Notes under the pieces: model-generated
Seen by the model: the letters and a program-made list of their open reading frames with translations, nothing else
What the model was told of the DNA's origin: nothing
The model's database searches: none
Program-made: the position numbers and the translations under genes
Assembly: GCA_020137815.1 (NCBI GenBank)
Contig: CM035357.1
Coordinates: forward strand, 2,046,001 to 2,110,000
Direction: 5' to 3'
Length of the DNA stretch: 64,000 bases
DNA from: Hormiphora californensis
Lineage: Eukaryota > Animalia > Ctenophora
In this document: positions 55,977 through 64,000 of the stretch, piece after piece
Layout: each line of letters begins with the position of its first letter
How positions within the stretch are numbered: position 1 is the stretch's first letter

Positions 55977-57405
55977 GTAGTCTTCCGTGTCTCAACTATT
56001 ATTTAACTACTTAGAAAACTTTCAAATTCAGTCCCAAAATGAAATTGACAGCCAGACGTACTCAAACCCCCTCTCTTTTGTCTGGAGAATTCAATGAATC
56101 AGACATTTTCCTAATGTAGTTACAACACAGGGGAGTGCACGACTCTGCTGGGATGTATGATACTTGGAGAAAACTCAATTTGATGGGAGCTGTCAAACTC
56201 CCAAACCGACGATGATCATGTATGGACATTGTCGATTTGTGTTGAGGTTTTAACTGGACTGTAGTAATCCTCTAAGCCAAGTTGAGGACTGGTCAAATTC
56301 CCAAAACAACTTTCAGTGCATTCTGAGTTTAGTTTACAATATGGTGAGTTCTGTTTACTCGATGATTGTTAATTGCTCTAACATCCAAAGGCATTCCATT
56401 GCACCTAACTGTCCAAATTCGGAATTTATGTCGGCATTCTGAGGTAAGAGTTCCAACAAACAGGTAGGTCTGTTTGCGTAAAACGAATTAATAATTAATT
56501 GTTCCACGGCATACAATAGTCTTCCATCGAACGGAGACTGAGGGGCATTTTTGTCCAGCCTCTGGTGAGGTACATAGTTCTATATAATTGATGAATAATT
56601 AATTATTAATTATTTTCCCCAGGCATAGACTACTCTCTCAAAAGAGCTGAGCCACGTGCAGTGACAGGGAATCATTCTATAAATTCCTGCCAGGGCTCCA
56701 TGCACTGTATTCTTACCCAGGCAGGTTGATATTCTCGTCAATGAGCGGAGGTAAACAGGGAATCCCTGTATAAATCTCGTAAGGGGATCGCATGGTGTAT
56801 GATCGGGCTTTGTATTTGCTGTATATAAGCGGCATAAATGAAAACGACTTAATTTCGCTTTTGATTTTCTTTTCTCTGTTATGACAACTCTCCTCCAATA
56901 GGAACGTATGATGCGATTAGTCTCTCCCCTACCTCAGCCACAGACCGGCAAACCTACAAAACCTCTGTTCGCACCCTCCTCTCTTCCTCCCCTTCTTCTC
57001 GATTCGTCCTGGCGTCTGTCAACTGGACTGTCCCAGAGCTGACAGAGTTTTTCGGGGACAGTTTTCATGTCGATGAGGTGTTGCCGAGTAGAGAATTTAC
57101 TTTTGGTGGGGTAACTGGGAAGGATGTCAGCATGGTGGTATTCAGACATAGAGATCAGGAGAATTGCTCAAATGGGGCGTGATATGTGTTTGGTTGAGTT
57201 TGAACCATTTCTCAACAATGCAATGTTTTTAGATAATTTATTGCCGTTTTTAAAACTAAATGCAGATTAAGTTGAGTTAATCATGTTTTGATTATCTAAC
57301 CCCGTCCCCTATTTCCTAGCATGTTACAGGGTAATAACATCATGATGACGTAATATCAAGGTTACTATAGTTCTAGCCCCATCTGGTCTATATTGAATCG
57401 TTGTC

Positions 57406-60400
57406 ATGGAGAAGATCCGGTCTCTCATAGCAACACATCAGCAGAAATCAATTGACTCAGTCGAGGATGAACCCATATTCCTGAATGAAAAACATATCTC
57501 GACCAAGGTACAGTTTATAGTCTTGTCCGACTGCACTCTCCCCGCTCCTCAGTTCGAACAAAATAAACTGTTTGCTGACAAGCACATTTAGCACAATTTT
57601 TTTCCTGCAACTAACTATTGTAATTTCTGTCTCTTTCTCAGAAAGACTGGGAAGACCACAAGGATGATCCGGAAGAGAGGGACGAGGTGATGAAGGGTAT
57701 TGCTGGACACCTGTTTACTGCTGAGAGTGATCCTAACCTGAAACTTCTCGAGGAGCTACCTGAGGTGAGTTTGGGCACGTCACGCCCCTCTGTACAGGCA
57801 AGAGGTGGGTGCACTAATTTACAAAACACACCTGAGATTTCAATTTTATGTCCATTTATCCGCCCGGTATGTATATCGAGGTTCCGATAAATCATGGTAT
57901 CTGACAGTTATTTACCCTCAGGATAAAGCGGATCTAATAGAACTAGAAGAGAAACGTCACCGAATGAGGCTGCAGCACTACTTTGTGGGCAGGAAACTAA
58001 CCTCCGAGCTCCTCTCCAAAAAGGACGAGTTTGGCCTGGAATTAGATCGGGTTATAGGGCTGGAACAGGATCTCCAGAAGACATTTGCCGTTACCATGGA
58101 TATCAGATTCTCGGTGAAACAGGCTAAGTTAGGGCTAACGGATGGAGCAATAACTCTGTTGGGGCATTATGCTCAGAGACAGAGGCTGATTTCGTTACTC
58201 AACACGCTAAAGACGATAAAGATACTTCACAAGACTGATGAGAGGTTGAAGGAGTTGATTGAGAAAGAGGATTTCCCTGGGGCTATCCAGCTGTGCAGGT
58301 AATGATATTTAGTTGATTAGTTAATTAGTTAGTTAATTAGTTAGTTAATTAACTAAAAACTCTACAGTATTTATTAAATTTGATCAAATCAATCCGCCCC
58401 ATTCTTACAACAATCACCCTTGAGGCTGGTGACACCCTGACACCAATGAGTACTAACTAATTGTCTAACCAATTACAGTCGGACCCCGATTTACCGGGCC
58501 CCGATTTACCGGAACCCCGATTTACCGGGAGGATTTCTTTCCCCCGATTTTTTTTTGGAAAATTTTCGAAGTTTTGCCGGTTGGTAAACTTGCATTTGCA
58601 ATTCGCTAGGTCTAATGGGGATCACGTATCGGTTCGTTTCAAACCTTCTAATTAGCGGCAGGACACGTGATAAGATGTACCGATTCGAAACACGATTCGA
58701 ACGTGTCTGGTATACCTTAGAAAAATTTCATAACTTTTTTGCAAAATTTTACAGAATGATTGTCAATGCTTTGATCGATGCTCCCCGTAAATTTTCAGAG
58801 AAAAAGTTATTTTGAAATTTTGATACTTCCTCACCCCGCTTAGGGTGCCCAGATTCGGCATGGTATCACGTATCGGTTCGTTTCGAACCATCTAATTAGC
58901 GGCAGGACACGTGATAAGATGCACCGATTCGAAACACGATTCGAGCGTGGCTGGTATACCTTAGAAAAATTTCATAACTTTTTTTGCAAAATTTTACAGA
59001 ATCATTGTCAATGCTTTGATCGCTGCTCCCCGTAAATTTTCAGAGAAAAAGTTATTTTGAAACTTTGATACTTCCTCACCCCGCTTAGGGTGCCCAGATT
59101 CGGCATGGTATCACGTATCGGTTCGTTTCGAACCGTCTAATTAGCGGCATGACATGCGATAACATGCACCGATTCGAAACACGATTCGGACTCGGTCGGG
59201 GTGGTTTACCTTAGAAAAAGTTTTTACAATTTTTCTTGAATTTTTTAAATTTTCTATTTCTAATGACAGAAGCAATGATCATATTGTCATCAATAAATGT
59301 ATACTATACAGTTAGAGGTGTCTTGGTATAGAATTTTGGACAAAAGTAGGATTTATGGGTATAGTAGGGTTTATGGGTCAAATATGCTCTACCCCGATAT
59401 ACCGGGCACCCCGATTTACCGGGCAAAATGGCTTCCCCCGAGGATCCCGGTAAATCGGGGTCCGACTGTAATTAACTTGACTCAACTTCAGAGATTGTCA
59501 GCACGCAGCGGTAACCTTCCGACAGTACAAGTGCATCCAGGATCTAAACTCGAAACTCAAGGATACTGCTGTGCTGATAGAGGAACGACTTGATGAGGTA
59601 CTATTAATAACCTACTAATTAGTAAATAAATTAGTAAATTGTACTGTTATTTTCCCACAGCAGCCTGGTTCCTTCATTCCTCATTCTACAAAAGAGGGGG
59701 GGGTGTCAGAACTCGTATCCCTTTTTTACCAATCTCAATAAATTTCTAACCTTGACTCCAAAAGTCCAACCCGGTCCAACCCCTCTCATGAATTTCTAAC
59801 CTCCAAGTTCCAGCCCCTCTGACCTCTCACATCTAATTCTTTACCAGGTGCTATCTGTGATGTGTGTTAGTTTTGATCATGAGAGATACAGTAAGATTAC
59901 CACGGCGTACCTTCTGCTGGGCAAGTTACAGAGTGCTATGGATCAACTTCACATGCACTTTACCTCTGCCATCCATTCTCGGGTCTACGAGACCGTTTAC
60001 AGGTGAGTCGAATTGGGTTTTAAACCGGTGGACAAATCTTCTTTTCTCCCCCCGTATTCTTTTCTCCCTCTGTCTCCCTCCCTAGTCCCTCCCTCTTCCT
60101 ACAATTTCCACTCTCCTACAATTCTCCTACCTCAGGTTTGCAAGTAACACCTCAGCGGACCAAAAGATCCGCTACGAACTACTCTGTAAGGGAGTTCCCC
60201 ACGAGCATTACATACCCTGTCTCTCTCATCTCCTAACTACCCTCTGGGCTATAATGGGGAGCTACCAAAAGATGCTGGCCTACCACGAAAAGGAGCAGCT
60301 GTGTGCCGATAAACTCTCCCAATTTGACCGGAACTATGTGCAACAAAAGCTCCAACTTGGCCTCGCTAGGATCTGGATGGATGTGCAGAACAAAGTGAAT

Positions 60401-62027
60401 CATTACCTTCTAGCCCAGGATCTCTCGATATTCCAGTTTGATGATTTCATCAAAGTCCTGGATCTGGTAAACCGGTTGATACACGTGGGACAAGAGTTTT
60501 GTGGCACGCCCAATATCCCATGTGACCTTCTCAGGGATCCCCTTCGAGCCCAATCCGTCCAGTACTTCCGGAGGTACCACCAGAGTCGGGCGGAGGAGGT
60601 GTCCATGTTCCTGAACTAATGAGCTCTGGGTCCTGCTCCCCGTTAAACCGACCTTCACAACCCTCCAGTTGAATGAATTTAGGTTCATGGCACAGCATGA
60701 CGAACGGAGTTCTAACAACGATAAGATGAGGCTGAATGAGAGCCACTGCGGGTACTTTCTCCCCTGACTCCCCATCTCCCTTTGTGTTCGCATGATGAAG
60801 AGACAGTTGAAGGAGAGCTTTCTTTGGGAGTTGCGAGTCTGATGAAGAGGAGGATAGTTGTGATGACGAGCTGAAACGTGACTTTGTGGAGGATGGTGAT
60901 AGTCAACCAGTGGTGGGAGGAGGAGGAAGGAGGAAGAGGCAATCAAGTAACGCCCCTAAAACCAACTTCCATAATAGTTCCAGGGATGGACCGATAGTAA
61001 CGAACACCACGCTCATTGTGCTCCGGTATTTCGGAAAGTACATGCTGATGATGGATAGTCTGAAGCCCGATCGCATTTGATGTTCTCGTCAGTATGTCCC
61101 AGTTGTTTGAGTACTACATGTACGCGGTGTATGTGTTCTTCGCGTCCGACCAATGTGGAGACCATCAACCCAAGACTGGCAGGGTTGTTGCTAAAAATAG
61201 AAAACTACCATTATTATGGGAGAGGAACCGAGACAGGATGGGGTCAACATACCCCCGCCCCAGGTTATGGAGGCTATTAATCTCCGAGATCCACATGACC
61301 TATTTGGGTTACGAGAGCGGCTTATAGCCACCGAATCCCTCGTCTTCCTCGCCTCACAATTCGATCTCTGGAAGGGATACCTAGACAACCAGATTACCAG
61401 AGGACAAACTCAGTTTCCTTAACAACTTCTACTCCCAAACCCTGCCCCTGGCCCGAGAACTCCGTGAGACGGTATACAACGGGGTAGGCGGCCAAGGCTA
61501 TGAGTTATAATGAGATCCAGAGTGTCATGGCAACCGTGCGATGGGATACCAAGGAACTTATGGACCAACCTAATGGTTATGTAAATAAAATGGTAGGGAG
61601 AAATGGAGAGCCTTCAACGGAAACTCAGCTCAGTCAGCCAGTGTGTTCCCATCCCAGTTGAGGTCTACAGAATGATCTGGTCACTGTGCCTCTCTCAGAT
61701 GTGTGTGGTGTTTCTTGAGGGGTTCGGGCTCTGCTAAAAAGTGTACACACTGAGGGCCGTGCTTGGATGCAGTTGGACTTTCAGCAGTTTATTGTGCAGA
61801 TTGACCGGTTCATCACGATTAAACCTGTACCCGGGAAGGGTCCAGTGGATAATTTTATCAAGGCGTACTATCTGACGGAGGGTGATCTAGAGCAGTGGAT
61901 TAGAGAGAATTATATGGATTATACGAGTAAGCAGTTGAATAGTCTGATCAACTGTACGACAACACAGATCAGTAAAATGATGCAAAGGAATAGGTTGAGT
62001 AACCTGGTTGATGAACTTATGAAGTAG
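57406..62027 (+). CDS. VPS50: Syndetin/VPS50 (CCDC132), EARP complex subunit; several 1-nt indels in the long last exon
   Basis: LKTIKILHKTDERLKELIEKEDFPGAIQLC, AMDQLHMHFTSAIH, YVQQKLQLGLARIWMDVQNKV, FDDFIKVLDLVNRLIHVGQEFCG, GPIVTNTTLIVLRYFGKYMLMM, LFGLRERLIATESLVFLA, EGRAWMQLDFQQF, FIKAYYL. Confidence 0.92.
58476..59468. mobile_element. CAGTCGGACCCCG-family MITE with an internal ~245-bp tandem duplication, in a VPS50 intron
   Basis: TIR with TA TSD; repeated ATCACGTATCGGTTCGTTTC blocks at ~58620, 58865, 59110. Confidence 0.85.
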
Positions 62028-62716
62028 AATTATACTGGGGAGGGGGAAGTTAATTAAAGTTAAAGAACACGTCCAGCTACAATCAATTGAATTTAATCGA
62101 CTGGTATACCACATGTTCTACTGTAGAAATTTACTGATATTGATACGCTTAGGAATCTGGAAGATATTTTAGGGCCTATGCTGTCAGGCATCTTGCTGAC
62201 CCTTTCTCGCGTCCATCGCTCGTATGAGCGGGGCGAGGAGAGTGACTAAGCATTGCACTGACAGGGGCCTAGAGGTCGTGGGTTAATTTGTACAGCTCCT
62301 TCATAGTAGTAGACGAATATATTTGCAAACTCTTTGTTTACTAAGATCTCAGTGCAGAGAACCTGCTCAATTACAAGTTTAGTCTAGTGATGATGTGTTT
62401 CAACGCTCTGATCATGATTTATTTGATGACCGTGACTCTATCTTTATATCGCAAGGATATTGAGTTTCTGTCACACTGTCATGTTGGTGAAAATCTCGTC
62501 GAGGGTAGAGAAATAATATTACTGCTTTCGAATTTGTACCATCTTTGGGCTTTGGCAATCGATATAATATTGTGTTTATAGTAACTGTTCAAATACCAAG
62601 ATTGAATACCCTGGTTGGTTTATTAATATTATGGAGAAGGACTCTGATCTGTGTTCGTGCTGTGTTAAATTTTGTTTGCTGGTGAATTTAATTGTTGAAG
62701 AGTGATTGTGTGTGTG

Positions 62717-62717
62717 C

Positions 62718-62779
<62 letters not shown>

Positions 62780-62805
62780 GAGAGAGAGAGAGAACGAGAG
62801 AGAGA
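62717..62805. repeat. (AG)n microsatellite
   Basis: Direct reading. Confidence 0.95.
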
Positions 62806-63150
62806 TACAATGGCTATGTGTGTGGTGTGATTTCGTTTGAGTACCTCACGTGCTTCTTTGTGTACTCAGATTCCCCCGAATCCTCATCTCCCTACCAAAC
62901 AATACCTTTCCTCTCTTTCTCCAGTACTGCTGCAGTCGACAATACTACTATTGCACCTGTCAGAGCATTGACAGTATTGCACAGAACAGATCTATGACCT
63001 GATTCATTGCTTTTAGTAGATACACAAAACAATAAAATATTAGGAAGTAAATCATGCTTAGAATGCATTCATGGGGGGGGGGGGTCATGTTAATGTTAAC
63101 GTTTCAATTCACGAATATTTCTAAAAGTTAACAAATTATTGAGGCCAATC

Positions 63151-63937
63151 GGGGGGGGCGACATGTTAATTGTTAATAAATCACCTCTTTTTTTCGATTT
63201 TGTTAATTAACGTTAATTAACAAAATTAACAAAGTTAACAAATCAGCAAAAACTGTTCTTATTGGTTGATAATACGACTTTAACTGGTTTAATTTTATAG
63301 TTTAATGACTTTTCTAACACATATAAACCCAAACAAGGCCTCTTCCGATAACCAAAGTCCGACATACATGTTTTTTGGCTCAAAATCGATAAAATCCAAA
63401 AGTTACAAATATTTCAATTTAGCGTATAAAATCTCACTTTAACGTGATTTTTTCATCGATAATCGATTCTTTGAACGAAAGAAGATGATGTACAACGTTT
63501 CTGTCGGAAAAAGAAACAAAATATTTCCAAAATCAATTTTTGGTCAAAAATTGAAATTTTGCTTCGCTACAAATCCTTGTGTTTTTTTAGAAAAATTGAT
63601 TTTTGGGATATTTTTGTTTTATGGTAAATTCATGAGTCTCAATTAGTTTTTAGGGTTTAAAAAAGGTGGATTAGGGTCAATTGACTTCGATTGCGGTTTA
63701 GTTTGGCTAGTTTTTATTAAAATTTACACAATGGAACAAATCGCTGTAGAAAAGCCGTAGTATAGGTTAGTAGGAGTGTGCAAATCGTGCAAAAGGAACA
63801 ACTTTGCTCGCAGAACAAGTGTTAAATACCAAAAACACGTGCTAAAGGTGATTTAGATGGCATAAATGGCATTTGTTAACGTTTGTTAACTTTTTGTTAA
63901 TTTTGTTAATAAATCACCTGTTTTCTCGATGTTAATA
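63151..63937. mobile_element. Third copy of the poly-G-ended MITE, interrupted near its right end by a CAGTCGGACCCCG MITE running off the window
   Basis: High similarity to 55041-55869; TA|CAGTCGGACCCCG begins at ~63938. Confidence 0.8.
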
Positions 63938-64000
63938 CAGTCGGACCCCGATTGAACGGCACCCTCGGGGGAAAGGGTTTTGTCCGTTAAATCGGGGTGT

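Noticed and set aside
56040-57149. Minus-strand ORF fragments (MSEYHHADILP..., ...RSPYEIYTGIPCLPP) head-to-head with VPS50
   Set aside because: Possibly a real gene, but no consistent spliced frame or family could be derived

Overview
Eukaryotic, intron-rich, repeat-dense genomic DNA, most likely a ctenophore (Pleurobrachia-like). That assignment is an inference from the ubiquitous CAGTCGGACCCCGATTTA MITE family and from splice acceptors just upstream of start codons. Host genes are ASCC1 (-), a tightly packed co-oriented run PTGES2 / NHL-repeat protein / PRR5-like / IBA57 / TGF-beta type II-like kinase / TMEM72-Flower-like, and VPS50. Between these lies an accessory region with two stand-out systems. 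(1) A complete 4,121-bp mini-Polinton/Maverick (34909-39029) with 386-bp TIRs, AGTAGT...ACTACT ends and a 6-bp GACGGC target-site duplication. It encodes only virion-type genes (major capsid, penton, two small proteins) and no polymerase, integrase, ATPase or protease. It sits in a MITE whose empty copies are in the same window. (2) A tandem array of four spliced genes sharing an N-terminal ParB/sulfiredoxin-like domain (IRYTQDSI...SLDNRRL) fused to completely different C-terminal tails. Many nested non-autonomous DNA transposons (hAT-, Merlin/Mutator-, Tc1/mariner- and piggyBac-like) have readable TSDs. Single-base indels in conserved genes suggest assembly errors, so frameshifts need caution. 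All protein family calls are from motif recognition, not database searches.
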